A DNA stretch of 64,000 nt from Torpedo marmorata (taxonomy: Eukaryota), in contig OZ360232.1 in assembly GCA_977017645.1 (NCBI GenBank), positions 32,674,001 to 32,738,000 of the forward strand, written 5' to 3'. Positions 48,223 through 61,575 of this stretch are shown here, piece after piece (the first letter of the stretch is position 1; the number at the start of each line of letters is the position of its first letter). The position numbers and the translations under genes were made by a program. The notes under the pieces were generated by a model. The model searched no databases, was not told the origin of the DNA, and worked only from the letters and a program-made list of their open reading frames with translations.

Positions 48223-49589
48223 CTGGACAATGTTGGATGGGAAAAAAAGTGTCACCTGGAATGCAGCAAGTCCAAAGCTTGAGATTGAGTGCACAATCCA
48301 GATAGGAAAAGTGCAATTTCCTGCAAATCTCAATGATGTTCAGAACGGAAGCTATTTGTTGTGTTATTCTGCCACAGGGTTCCCAGTGCCATCACTGGTC
48401 GAAGACGTCACTCAGAGAGTGGATATTTGTATTAAATTATGACTGGCAAGCAGATGGGAAGATTATTATCTGAATCTAGATAGTCCATCGTACCAGGAGA
48501 AAAGGCCAAATATCAGTCCTCTGTAAAAGCATTAAAAGAAACAAGGATAAGAACTTGCAAACAAAAATAGGGAAAGATGTATGAGGTGCCCTGGCGACAA
48601 ACTGTACTAATAACACAGCACTGAGGGAAGAACAACTTCTGCCATTCCTTTCCAATTAGTGCAATGAAGCAGGCGTAATGTAAATGTAGGACAATATAAA
48701 CTTTGCATTTGTTTTTTTTAACCAGAGTTTGGCAATGATCGAAGATATAGATTCGTTCAGCCCTGTGGTCTCTATGAAGCTTTCATATTTTTCTTTCATT
48801 TTAAAAGAAAAACTTGACCAAGCTGTCTGGTAGCCGATATTACAGGCTGTGATAACCTTCCAATATCCTTCATTCTTCAACGTAGAAAGTGATTGTCTGC
48901 TGACTTGTGAAATGATAACTAGTCTCAAGACTATATGGACACATGCTGTGACTTTCTGCTAAGGTTCGTTAAAGATCAGCATTTATGTTCGTGTGTTTGC
49001 AATAAGACAGTCAGATCTGTGATCATATCCTTTGGCACAGGTGGAGAATTGAATGAGAGACAAAACAACAGATATAGTTACCTTCAAGCACATGCTGAAA
49101 TCCTAACTGATCTCTTTCTGAATAAACCTAATGATTGATTCATTTTATTGTAATTGAATTCATAGATATAGTACTTCAGAGGAGATAAGTGGTCGGCACA
49201 ACATCGTGGGCCAAAGGGCCTGTACTGTGCTGTAATGTTTTATGTTCTCTATCTGGCAAAGATGGATTTCCCTGTCAATCTTTTTTTTTTAAACTGTAAT
49301 GATTTGGAAATGTGCAGACTCGGGAGTAATTTCAGCCGGTGTCATATAACTATTCCCAACTGTTGTTTAGAGGTTGTAAAGTTGGACTAATGTTTCCATG
49401 TGGTGTGTGATTTCTTTTGATGCCTAATAATCTTGCTCTCTACTTCCTCACACTGCACCCTCATTGATTCTGCTTCACTGTCTGACCCTGGGTGTCTCTC
49501 TTGTGCTGCTGCCACTGCTTCTGTGTCAGGGAATCTCATCATTTTTCACTTGCTGTTCCTGGAGTGATTTACCTTTCCTTTGTTAACAG

Positions 49590-49680
49590 AGGAATGGCTT
49601 ATTATTGCAAGTTTTGGCGTGCTTAGTGCTCTCACTCTCTTCTACATGATAATCAAAGCAACAACAACCACAGCAGACAA
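49590..49680 (+). CDS. RNF130: RNF130 coding exon, C-terminal hydrophobic segment
   Basis: ttgttaacag| ... |gtaagt. Reads (K)EWLIIASFGVLSALTLFYMIIKATTTTAD, matching RNF130 [25 protein letters not shown]. 91 nt. Confidence 0.92.
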
Positions 49681-50266
49681 GTAAGTATTTAGAGTTTTAC
49701 AGTTTTGTTTCATAAATTATGCTTTGTCCAGCTGACATTTCAAACTTTAACCCATTCGAAAGTGACCTGTGTGTACTTTCCTAGTGAGAAAGAGTTTTGC
49801 TGGCTATTAAGTGCACATATTGTTGCGCACTTGGCCTAAGGTGTTTTTAAACGGCATTCAGATCTCACCAAATGAATAATAAATCATTCGAGGATGAATC
49901 ACACATTTAGCTTTTAGGATTGACCAAAATCTTCAAAATTTTCTGCAGAGTGATGATATAGTTTATCACAGGAACTTGTACCATGTGTTTCTGCTAGGCC
50001 CAGTAAGAATCAATTCAGCAGACAAGCCAAACTGATTGTGGATACAAGAAGTTAATGCGGTGCTTTCAGGTTTAATTAGACACAGATTTTCTTCATTGCA
50101 CTGTGGTATAAAATCATTAACAATTTACAAATCTGGCTTCAAATGGGTGTATAATCTGATTTGTTTGTGCTGAATGAGATTTTAGGCTCAGGTAATTCTG
50201 TCATACAAAGGTCGGTAGCAAGAGAGCAGAATAGTACAATTTTCTTTACGGCAAGGAGCCTCACTG

Positions 50267-50506
50267 TTTAGACATACATGCAGCACGGTAACATGCCCTT
50301 TCGGCCTACGAGCATGTGCCGCCCAATTGACCTACAACTCCCGGTACGTTTTGAAGGGTGGGAGGAAACCGGAGCACCCTGAGGAAACCCACGCAGACAT
50401 GGGGAGAACATACAAACTCCTTACAGACAGTGCGGGATTTGAACCCCGGTCCGATCGCTGGCGCTGTAACAGCGTGGCGCTAACCACTATGCTAATCGCG
50501 CCACCC
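50267..50506 (-). mobile_element. HE1-like SINE
   Basis: Full-length reverse-complement match to the SINE at 11070. Confidence 0.9.
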
Positions 50507-50519
50507 TGTTAAGTAAGAT

Positions 50520-53345
50520 TAACTTAAAAGCATGGTTCAGAACTTGGAATTATCCGAGCCAGCATGTTCCAGTAAGGATGAAAGGCAAAGATGGCAAGAT
50601 TAGGAAATCTTAGATGACAAAGGATATTGAGGGTTCAGGTTAAAAATCCAAACATACAGCAGTTATAGACAGCTGGGTTGATGTAAGTCTCCTGAGGAAT
50701 CTAGAGTGTGTCAGAGAAAATTTAAGAAGGCAAAAAGGGCCATGGAATATCGTTGGCTAGTAATATTAAGAAGAATCTCGAGACATTCTTTAAGTATATT
50801 AGGACCAGGAGGGCGGCCAGGGAAAGTGTGTAGCTGCTTCGGGACCGAAGGACTAATGCATATGTGGAGCCAGATATGTGGACAAGGACCTAACTGAAGG
50901 CCACATCTGTTTTCACCAAAGGGAGGACATGGACAGTGATGAGTTAGGGGGGTACGTGGATAATCTGAAACAGGTCATTATTAAGAAGGATGAGGAGGTG
51001 TTAGATGTCATAGGACTCATAAGAGTTGATTAGAACCATAGAGCACTACAGCACAGAAACATGGCCTTTGGCCCTTCTAGTCTGTGCCAAACTATTTATT
51101 CTGCCTTGTCCCCTGACCTGCACCCGGACCATATCCCTCCATACCTCTCCCATCCATGTACCTGTCCAAATTTTTCTTAAATGTCAAACTTGACCCTGCA
51201 TTTACCAATTAAGCTGGCAGTGCGTTCCACACTCCCACCACTCTGTGTGAAGAAGTGCCCCCTAATGCTCCCTTTAAACTTTTCCCCTTTCGCTCTTAAC
51301 CCATGTCCTCTGGTTTGTATCTCACCTACTCTCAGTGGAAAAAGCTTGCTTGCATTTACTCTGTCTATACCCATCATATAAATTGCAGCAATAGATTTTG
51401 TCGGCAGAAAGAGCACGTTTGAAAAATTGCAGCTGGAGCAGGTGACTTTGTGCATGCTACTCTGTTCTTCTAATGGGATCTAGCCTCTGTTGTTATGTGA
51501 AGTGGATTGTGGTGGGGGGGGGGGGTAGGGGGAGCGGAAGATAGCTGGGACCCTGACAGAAATTTTTGCACCTTCATTAGCCAAGATAAAGTTCCAAAGT
51601 CTGGAGGATGCTAATGTTGTTCCTTTATTTAAGAAGGACATCAGTGATAAGCCATGAAACCACAGGCCAGTGAATCATACCTCAATTATGGAAAAATTAT
51701 TGGTGATAATCATAAGGGATGGAAATAATGTACATTTGGAAAGTAGGGGTTGATCAGGAATATTCAGTGTGGCTTCGTGTGTAGAAAATCCTGCTTCACT
51801 AACTTGATTAACTAACTAACTCAAGGAGATAAACAAGAAGATTGATGAAGGCAAGATGGTAGGCATTGTCTATATGGATTTTAGTAAGGTATTTGACAAG
51901 GTCCATAGAGTCGGCTGGTCCAGAAGGTTAATGCACATGGGATGCCAGGCAAGCTGGCTGATTGAATCCAAAATTAGCTTGGTAGTACGAGGCAGAGGGA
52001 AGTGGTGGAAAGATCCTTTTCTGATTTGAAGTCTGACCAGTGGTGAACCACGGGTGTTGATGCTGGAACCCTTGTTGTTTGTGAAATATATTCATCACTT
52101 GGATGTAAATGTAGGAGGTATGCAGGTGACAGAGGTTGGTGGTGTGCAAAATTGTTGAAGGCCACAGCAGGATATGGATCAGACGAAAAGTTGAGCAGAG
52201 TGTTGGCAGATGGACTTTAATCCCAACAAGTGTGGTAATGCATTGAGAAGTCATAGAATCACAGGGTAACACAACATGGATACGGCTATTAAGCCCAACT
52301 CGTCCACATGGACCAGCGGGCATCCTTCATCGCCCACCAATTGGACCAAGGGCTCATTTTTAAAATGCTGTCAACAACCCATTTTAAGCCATTTTCTCAA
52401 GCAATGCATTCTGTGGCGAAGAAGGTCCCCATCGTATGCCATTTAAATCTCTCCCCATTTACCCTGAACCTTTGTCTTCTAGTTTTATCTAACTGCAATC
52501 TACCCTATCTATACCTCTCGTAATTTTATATGGATCAATCATGTTCTCTCTTAACCTCCTCCACTCCAGGGAGACCAGACCCAGCTTCCCCATAACTGAG
52601 TTGCCCCATCCCAGGGAACATCCTGGTGAATCTCCTCTCCATTCCTCTGCATTTCAATAGGGGTAGGGCGTACCCAGTAAATGGTAGGTCACTGAGGAAG
52701 CAGAGGGACCTTGGGGCTCATAGTTCCCTGAAAGCTGCAACACAGGTAGAAAGAGTGGTGAAGGCACGTAGCATGCTTGCCTTTATTGTTTGGAACATTA
52801 TGTTGCAACTTTACAAAAATGCTTGTAAGACCGCACTTGGAGCATTGTGTGCAGTTCTAGTTGCCGCACTCAAGCAAGGCTGTAGTTGTACTGGAGAGAG
52901 TGCAGAGAGATTCACCAGGTTGTTGCCTGGTTTGGAGATCTTTTGTTAAGGGGAGTGATTGGATAGGCTGGGCTTATTTTTCCTGAGGTGAAGGAGGCTG
53001 ATGGAGGTTTATAAAATGATAAGAGGCATGCTGGAGTAAAGAGTGAGAGTCTTTTTCCCATGCTAGAGATATCAAAAACAGGAGGCCATAGGTTTAAAGT
53101 GAGAAGAAGGAGATTCAGAGGGGATTTTTTTTTAACATAGACCATGGTTGATATTTGGAACATGCTGCCAGAGGAAATGTAGAATCAGATACAGTCACTA
53201 TGTTTAAGAGACATTTAGGCAGGCATTTAAATTAGAAATCAAAGAAGTATACGTACCTAATGCAAGTAAATGGGATTAGTGTAGATAGGCAAAGGTTTTC
53301 CATGGGCATTGTGGGCTGAAGGGCCCATTTCTGTGCTGTACAACT
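50520..53345 (+). mobile_element. Degenerate CR1 ORF2 and 3' UTR with nested minus-strand CR1 tails (~51030-51380, ~52250-52650)
   Basis: NVVPLFKK, YMDFSKVFDKV, KQRDLG, RFTRLLPGLE motifs. Confidence 0.75.
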
Positions 53346-56300
53346 CTGCCACGATGAGATGCATTGGATGTGAAACCCATCCAGTGCAACAGACGTTTAT
53401 ATTGGTGCTCAGTCATGGATGAGTTTTCATTGATTCTGGAGTCGGTGAACAATAGATTTTCTGATGCACACACAACTGCTCGTTAATAACTGCTTACTCT
53501 TTCACGCCCTGATATATTTAAGAAAAACTAACTGATAAGTGGCTTCTTGTTTATTCTCCCCCCATGATTGTAGTACATTATTAACAATAAAACTGTTCTG
53601 TCAAGAAATGTCTGTTAAGTGCTAGAGAAGTAGGAGAGAAGCAATTATTAGTCACTCGACCATTGAGTTTCAACTCTACGAACATGGGCTATTCCATGAA
53701 TTCATGACACGTGATTCACATCTTAACTCCACCCATGTCTTGGCTCCTTGTCACTTAATACCATTGGATAGCAAAATTCTGATTAATAATTGAGCATCTT
53801 CTGTCGTAGAGGTATAATAACTTTTGTGTGAAATGGTATTTCATAACTTCACCAAGCTATGATTTAATGATTGTAATTATTTGGCCTGAGCTCTTGCACT
53901 GTTGTTAAAAGATTATTTCTCTAAATAAACAAAAATATTTCTCACATCCTGAAAATCTTGATCAGTATTGGTAATTTAAAGTGGGATTGAGGAGGAACAT
54001 TCAGAATCACTCTTCGAGATGTAGCTAGCTTCTAATTAATTTCATTGTTAGAATAATTCAAACAAATAAATTGCTGCCACTCGACTATCGAAAGCACTTG
54101 AATACATTCTGTCCATTAGAGTTTGTAAGTGCAGAGGATTTAGGCATGTTATGGAATTTCTGAGCATTATGTACCTGAACTAATCCATAAGAGTCAGATT
54201 AATGTTCTAAGATACATTTAATGAAGTTAAAAATGCTTGTTAAACGAATAGTATGATTCCCATTTTAGAAATGAAAATCAGACAGCACAGTGGTGAAAGA
54301 ATGAAAATGAAAGAAGATAATTGTACATGTAAGTACAAGAGACTTCCAACTTGTTAATTTTAAAGGTAATTGATAAGGTTTAAAAATTGTAGATGCTGAA
54401 AACCTGAAATAAAAACAGAAAATAAAGAGGAGTTCAGTGATGTTGTTGAGGATATTGGAAGTCCAGATGCAAAGTAAAGGTCCAACACAAGAGCCAACAA
54501 CTCTTTTTCTATGGTTGAATAAATCCTTTGATTATCATTGAACTTCTTCGAGGATGGTCAATGTCCTCTTCGTTCTCATTCTGTAACAGCACCGTGCCCA
54601 CAGCTTCATCGCTGGCATCCACGGCTAAAGAAAACGGCTGTTCTAAATTAGGTGTCTTAAGCACAGGTTGGTGGCATAACATGGCTTTCAATTTGACAAA
54701 TGCTTCCTGACAACCTGTCGACCATACAAATTTTTCTCTCTTTCTAAGCAAATTTGTGAGAGGGAGCGCAAGATCAGCAAAGTTTTTACAGAACTTGCGG
54801 TAGTAGCCAATCATTCCCAGGAACCTCCTCAGAGTTTTCTTACCAGTTGGAACAGGGAACTCGGAAATAGTCACAACCTTTGCCTCTACTGGCGCCAACT
54901 GCCCCTGTCCTACTACATAACCCAGATAAATAACAGTAGCATGTCCAAACTCACTTTTACTTAAATTAACTGTGAGATTTGCTTTGGACAGTTGTTTGAA
55001 CAATTGTTTTAGCTCAAAGACATGCTCTTCCCAGGTCTCACTACTTACAATTAAATTATCAATGTAAGCACCTGTGTTTTTCAACCCTTGAATTACTGAA
55101 TTAATCATTCTCTGAAATGTTCCTGGAGTATTCTTCATACCAAAAGGCATAACATTATACTCATACAGCCCAAAAGGTGTTACGAATGCAGAAATCTCCC
55201 CAGCCTTTTTTGTCAAAGGAACACACCAGTACCCTTTCAATAAGTCAATTTTAGTAAGAAATTTGGCCTTCCCCACCTTGTCTATACAATCGTCTATTCT
55301 AGGAATAGGATAAGCATCTGTCTTTGTTACAGCATTTACTTTCCTATAATCAGTGCAAAACCTAACTGTTCCATCAGGCTTAGGCACTAAAACTCAAGGG
55401 GAACTCCAATTGGAAGTAGACTTTCGAATGATAATGTTCTTTACCATGTAGTCAATTTCCTGATCTACCAGTTTGCACTTTTCCGCATTGATTCGATAGG
55501 GATGCTGTTTTATCGGTCTTGCATCTCCTACATCCACATCATGATAAGCGATGGACATTTTCTGAGGCACATCGGAAAATAAATTTATAAATTTTAAAAA
55601 TAACTGACTCATCTCTTCCTTTTCTAAAGTTTTCAGATGAGCCAACTTTGTCTCCAGATTGCGCAAAATCATGGAATTTTCTAACCTTGGGCTTATCAAT
55701 TTCTGTGTCCCATGACCCTCTCTGAAACTGGTTTTATCTGTCTCCTCCTTACCCTGATCAATAACCAGCACCTCTGGTAAATGTTCAGTCCCTTTTTGCG
55801 GTACCTGTTCAAAATATGGCTTAATCATATTCATATGACAGACCTGTGTGTCTCGTCTGCGATTAGGTGTTTCTATGACATAAGTGACATCATTAATTTT
55901 TGACTTAACTCTATAGGGTCCTGAAAATCTAGCACTAAGAGGATTTGAATGGATGGGAAACAGAACTAATACGTTCTCACCAGGTTTAAAAGTTCTCATC
56001 TTAGCCTTTCGATCATACCAAACCTTCATTCTCTGTTGAGTGGCCTTTTAATTCTCCTTTGCCATCTCACAAGCCCTATGCAACCGATCCTTAAATTTGG
56101 AAACATAATCTTACAGATTTAAATGCACATCACGATTAATCCACTGTTCTTTTAATAATCTTAAGGACCTCTCACCTCATGTCCGAAAACTAACTCGAAT
56201 AGACTAAAACCAAGTGATTCTTGGACAGACTCCCTCGCTGCAAATAACAAGAAATGAACCCCCTCATCCCAATCCTTTTCCTTCTCACAACAATAGGTTC

Positions 56301-58329
56301 TAATTATGTTTTTCAAAGTCGAATGGAACTTCTCCAAGGCCCCTTGACTTTCTGGATGGTACGCAGAAGATACAATCTGTTTATCTCCCAGTCTATCAAC
56401 CACTTGTTGGAAAACGCCTGACATGAAATTACTGCCCTGATCTGATTGAATTTCCCTTGGCAAACCTACCAAGGTGAAAAACTTTACCATAGCCTTTACA
56501 ATTGCTTTTGCTTTAATGTTTCTCAGAGGAATGGCCTCTGGAAATCTGGTGGCTGCACACATAATTGTTAACAAATACTCATTCCCCGCTTTGGTTTTGG
56601 GCAATGGGCCAACACAGTCCACAATCACTCTCGAGAAAGGCTCACTAAAAGCAGGGATAGGTTGCAAGGGTGCCACCGGGGGACCCTGATTAGGTTTACC
56701 CACCACCTGACAAGTGTGACAGGCCCGGCAAAAGCTTACAACCTCCCTTCTCAAACTGGGCCAATAAAATTGTTTCATTATCTTCCTTATAGTTTTCTTC
56801 ACCCCAAGGTGACAACCTAAGGGTGTGCTATGAGCCAAAGTTATTATTGCATCCCTATATACTTTAGGGATCACAACCTGCTGCACTACTGCCCATTCTT
56901 CATTGACAGGAACATCACATGGTCTCCACTTTCTCATAAACACCCCATCTTTTTCATAATAACCCACTGGCACCTTTTTAATCTCCTCTTCAGTGAGAAC
57001 CTTATCCCTCACCTCAGCAAGATCAGGATCGTCCTTTTGCCTTGCTATTAACTCCTGTCGGGATAGTGACAAATCTGTGCCTTTAGGTGTCTTATCAGTA
57101 GATGGATGTAACACAGGAGATTGCTCAACCTTTTCCAGGTGTTCTTGATTATCACTGACTTTTTCTTTCACCAATTTATTTTCCACTGCCTTCTCTACAG
57201 ACATTTTTCTTAGACATGGCCCTGGTTATGGCACATGCCGGATAAATATCAGTCTTTCTCTGACTTATCAATGACTGGCTTAGTGGTCATTCGCACTGCA
57301 GGAACTACTTTACCCTTGGCCAAGTCATTGCCTAGCAACAGTGAGACTCCTTCTACTGGCAACTCTGATCTCACTCCTATTATAACAGGTCCTTCCACCA
57401 AGGTTGAGTCCAACACTATTTTGTGCAAAGGAATGGACTCAACATCACCCCCAATTCCTTTAATTAAATTCATGTCACCGGTGTCAGTAGCTTCACAAAA
57501 TTCCAAGACACTATCTAACACAAGTGACTGAGCAGCTCCAGTATCTCGCAAGATTTTCACTGGAACTTGTTTTGATCCTGCCTTAACTGAAACAAAACCA
57601 TCAGTCACAAAAGGTTTAAATACATCCCTAACTTTGTCAGTAAATTTATCTCCTTCCTGGGTGTTATGCCTCTTCTCACTCTGAATACAAGCATTAGGTG
57701 TTGCATCCTTTTCTCTCTTCTTTTTCAACACTGGACAGCTTGCTATCATATGACCAGCCTTCTTACAGTAGTGGCAAATGGGACCTGAAGGGTTTTCCCT
57801 TTTCCACTTTCCTTCATCTCTTTCCTTAACACCACTTCCAAATTTACTTTCCACTTGCTTGGGATTATCCACAGTGACCTTTTGGAAAATTCTGCCTGAC
57901 GTCCACTTAGGCTTGTGGGTTAAAGCATATTCATCTGCTAACTTAGCTGAATTTTGCCAAGTTTTCACCTCCTTTTCATCTAAGTATGCCTTAATATCCT
58001 CAGGAACACACCTTTTTATCTCCTCGATTATTATCAATTCTCTGAATTGATTGTAATCATTGTTTACTGCCTTAGATGTGCACCACCTGTCAAAACACAC
58101 AACCTTTTCATAGGCAAACTCTGTATAAGATTGGGTTGCTGATCTTTTTAAATTTCTAAACTTCTGTCTATAAGCCTCTGGAACTAACTCATAAGCCTGG
58201 AGTATAGCCTTTTTCACCGTTTCATAATCAGCAGCTTGCTCCATGGTAAGAGTAGAATAAGCTTGCTGAGCTTTTCCTTTTATTACACTTTGTAACATAA
58301 GAGACCATTGGTCTTGTGGCCATTTTAAT

Positions 58330-59175
58330 TTCAAGATTCAAGATTCAATTTATTCAAGTTCAATTTATTGTCATACCAATAAGACAGTGTCATATACCAC
58401 AAAATTTCTTTTTGCCTGCTGCAAGGCAGACAGATTCGCCACTGGCAGAAATTGCCTAAGCGCCTCTAACATTCCTTACAGTCAGAGAAAGAGAAGCAAA
58501 AGAGAGTCCCCCCAGAGTCACCGAGTGTCCATAGATTCGCCTCCAGCGCTTCCGCAGCCACACAGAGTCCAGTCCAAACGATCGGCATCCTGAGCTCCAG
58601 ATCCGAACCTCCAACACGGTCAGGTCGCCCTCGGCACCCCCTCACATCCCGGTTCTGATACCTGGTACTCCTCCAGCCAGTTCGAGCCAACCTCCAGCAG
58701 TCCGCAGCCCGGCGTGAGTCCCCCCGACAGCAGTCTCCAGCAGCCCACAGCCTCCGCGGGTTCCTCTCCTCGAGTCGCCAGCAGCCCACCGCATGCACTG
58801 GTCCTGCAGCCTCAGAGCCCCACACCGGTCCGCTGCTGTGCTCACCGTCCCGTGGGTCGTCTCCTCCGCTTCTCCTTCTCAGACGGGGGTGATCTTCCCG
58901 TCCACTGGTGCCCTGCTCCAGTCCCCCACTTCCCCGGAGTCTGCAGCCCCTCGTGGCTGCTGCCGATTAATAGGCGCTGCCATCTTGTGCGCAGACCCCG
59001 CGGTCGCGGGATCTCAAATAAAACCACCGTCGGCTCCTTCAAAGCCCGTGCGGAACCGATGGCAGTCGACTGGCGGCTGGACCCCGCGGGAGCGCTGTAT
59101 CTCCACTCCCACACTCCCCGCGGGTCTGCACCAGCGGCAGCGCTGCCGCTACAGCGGCTCCGGCAGCGCCGCCAT
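58330..59175 (-). mobile_element. ~830-bp non-autonomous LINE-dependent element, copy 2, inserted in Gypsy gag
   Basis: Closely similar to 32161-32987; removing it restores the gag frame FEKVAV-KLKWPQDQW. Confidence 0.9.
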
Positions 59176-59870
59176 CACAGCCACCTTCTCAAAATGCTGG
59201 AAGTACTTATCTATTTCTGCCTCCTCAAATGGAGGAACCAACCTAACTTCTCTACTATCCAAAAACCCCTCAGCAGGATGACGAATTTTATCTTGGTGCT
59301 CTGGTTTCCTCTCATTTTCCAACTTTATCTTTTCCAGCTCATATATCCTATTTTTCTCCTCGTTCTCTAAGTCTAATCTCTTTTGTTCCCTGGCTACCTC
59401 CAATTCTAATTTATTTTGTTCCAATTCCCTGTCTAATTTCTTTTGTCCCAATTCCCTGTCTAATTTCTTTTGTTCCAATTCCCTGTCTAATTTCTTTTGT
59501 TCCAATTCCAATTTCTTTATTTCCAACTGTATGTTTTCAAAAGGTTTACCCTTGGGAAACTGCTCTAACACGCTCTCCTCAAACCTTTTTTCTTTTATAT
59601 AGTATTTGACAAGTTTTCTCCCAATCTCTGCCTTTTTCATTGATGGTTTTACTGAAGCAATGACCAACTCTGTTGCTATAGCCACTAACTGTTCCTTTTT
59701 CGCCTTTTTTAAAGTCACAGGTTCAGGTGATTCCAAAAATTTTTCTACATCCATTGTTGCTGGTTTTTTGTTACACACACACTAGCTTTTTAATTATCTT
59801 TACAAAAGGAATGTCTTAAACCAGACTGGGATTCCTTCAATTACCAAGATGGATTTTTAATTCAATCCAA

Positions 59871-59883
59871 GGACGAGCCCCCA
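59871..59883 (-). promoter_or_regulatory. Primer-binding site, tRNA-Pro (partial match)
   Basis: Minus strand TGGGGGCTCGTCC (13 nt), 4 nt inside the LTR end. Confidence 0.85.
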
Positions 59884-59887
59884 ATTT

Positions 59888-60819
59888 TGTTACAAATTCA
59901 AACCAGCAACAACAGAAGACGCAATGCAAAAGGGGTAAAATTGAAATTTTACATTTATTAAAGACAATTAAACATATAATTTCACAACAATTAACCCCAC
60001 TATAAACACTATTAATATCTAAAAGGTGTGTATGTAAAGCCCAGACCATTACAGTCTGTGCCCAACCCTCATGTAAAAATGGAAAAACTTTCCCCCCAAA
60101 AACCCCAGGTCAGTCATAAAAAAACAAGTCAGTCCCAAAAATACAGTCCACAAAAATTCACTCTCTATGTTCAGGGTCCAAATTCAGCTCTGTGTGCTGG
60201 CAAGCAGGACTTCTTAATGAACATTGGAGAGAGACAATGACTGTTTATGCTTACGAATACTTGGCTTGCTTTTCTTCTCTGATGACTTTCCCTTCTGGTG
60301 TTTTCACAAGGATTATGAATTCAGATCCGTTCTGGATTGAGGCGTATACTTGAATCTTACAGTCTGTTCTTCATAAAAGCTGCTCTCAACTCAGGATTTT
60401 GCTGAATCATCAAGAGGCCTTGTATTTCTCCCAGCCGTTTCCCCTGGGATACACAAGCCTGGATTTTTCTGATTCAAGAGACTCTGTGCTATTCTCCCAA
60501 CTTCTTCTCTGGGATGCACAAGCCTGGATCCTGCTGAGTTCTTCTGCCTTTGCAACTCCAAAACTGCCACTGATTCAGTTTTCCACAACTGAACTTTAGG
60601 CCTTCATGTAGAGAGTTTTCTCTAGCTCCCTTTTTCAAAAGTTCCACACCCAAGTATATCTTTCCACAGTTTGTCTCCCCCTGGTGTCTCTCTCTGGTAA
60701 ATACAAGAAGTCCTGGGCAAGTTAACTCTTTCAGTACCAGGTTCCAGTGTATACTCCAAAAGACTTCATCCTTCCTGCTTACCGTCCGCAGTCCAAATTG
60801 TCAGTCATGGTCCATAACA
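59888..60819 (-). repeat. 5' LTR of the Gmr1-like element
   Basis: TGTTA...TAACA termini, bounded by the PBS on one side and L1 sequence on the other. Confidence 0.8.
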
Positions 60820-61575
60820 TATCTAATTTTCTCCAAGCTCAAATAGGACATTACATCCTGTAACCACTATATATGGGTAGGTGAAAAATCCTCTTTCCAT
60901 TTCAATAAAATTGCTCGTCTGGCTATCAACGTGGAAAAGGCTAAAACTTTCTCATGAGATGCAGACAGAAGTAAATTTGGTTCACGTGAAAAACCAAACA
61001 AAGCAATTATCGGACATGGTTCTATTTTAATCTTGAAAATAGTTGATAAAGTTTGGAAAATATCTTTCCAAAATCTCTCTAAATTTGGGCATTCCCGAAT
61101 CATATTAATCAGTGAGGCTTCAAAAATTTTACACTTCTCACATAGTGGATCAATATCTGCATAAAAACGAGATAATTTAAGTTTGGACATATGGATTCTA
61201 TGTACCATCTTAAATTGTAATAAACAATGTCTTGCACAGAATGAAGAGGCGTTAACCAAGCTAAGAGTATGATACCAATCTTCATCTGAAAATGTTGTAT
61301 TCAAATCATGCTCCCAATCATTCTTAATCCCCGCTATAGAGGCTGATCTTATATCCAATAAATCGTTATATATGCATGATGTTAATCCACGCTGAAAAAA
61401 AACCATAAGTTAAAAAGTGAATCGAGGATATTAGTATTTGAGATTCGAGGAAAATCAGAAAGCTTGGACTGAACGAAATGTCTAATTTGTAAATATCTAA
61501 AAAAATATCTATTAGAAGGATTAAATTTGGCTCCCAGTTGTTCAAAAGAGGCAAAGTTATCTCTAATAAAAAGAT
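60820..61575 (-). mobile_element. L1 fragment, same family as 27454-30747
   Basis: Reverse complement aligns by eye with 29545-30294 (AGIKNDWEHDL..FSDEDWYHTLSL...CEKCK). Confidence 0.92.

Larger units (their letters stand above)
54450..60819 (-). mobile_element. Gmr1-like Ty3/Gypsy LTR retrotransposon (gag-PR-IN-RT-RH order), 3'-truncated and inactive
   Basis: gag 59778-59176 and 58329 onward with SCAN-like capsid and CHYCKKAGHMIASC; protease LRDTGAAQS; integrase 56161..57204 (DCVGP, SDQGSNF, ESQGALE); GPY motif; RT 54509..55387 (FCTDYRKVN, YIDN); RNase H AVDASD. Confidence 0.93.

Noticed and set aside
48656-48928. Minus-strand 90-aa ORF, or an alternative RNF130 exon at the acceptor-like site near 48725
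   Set aside because: No frame resembles a protein I recognise.
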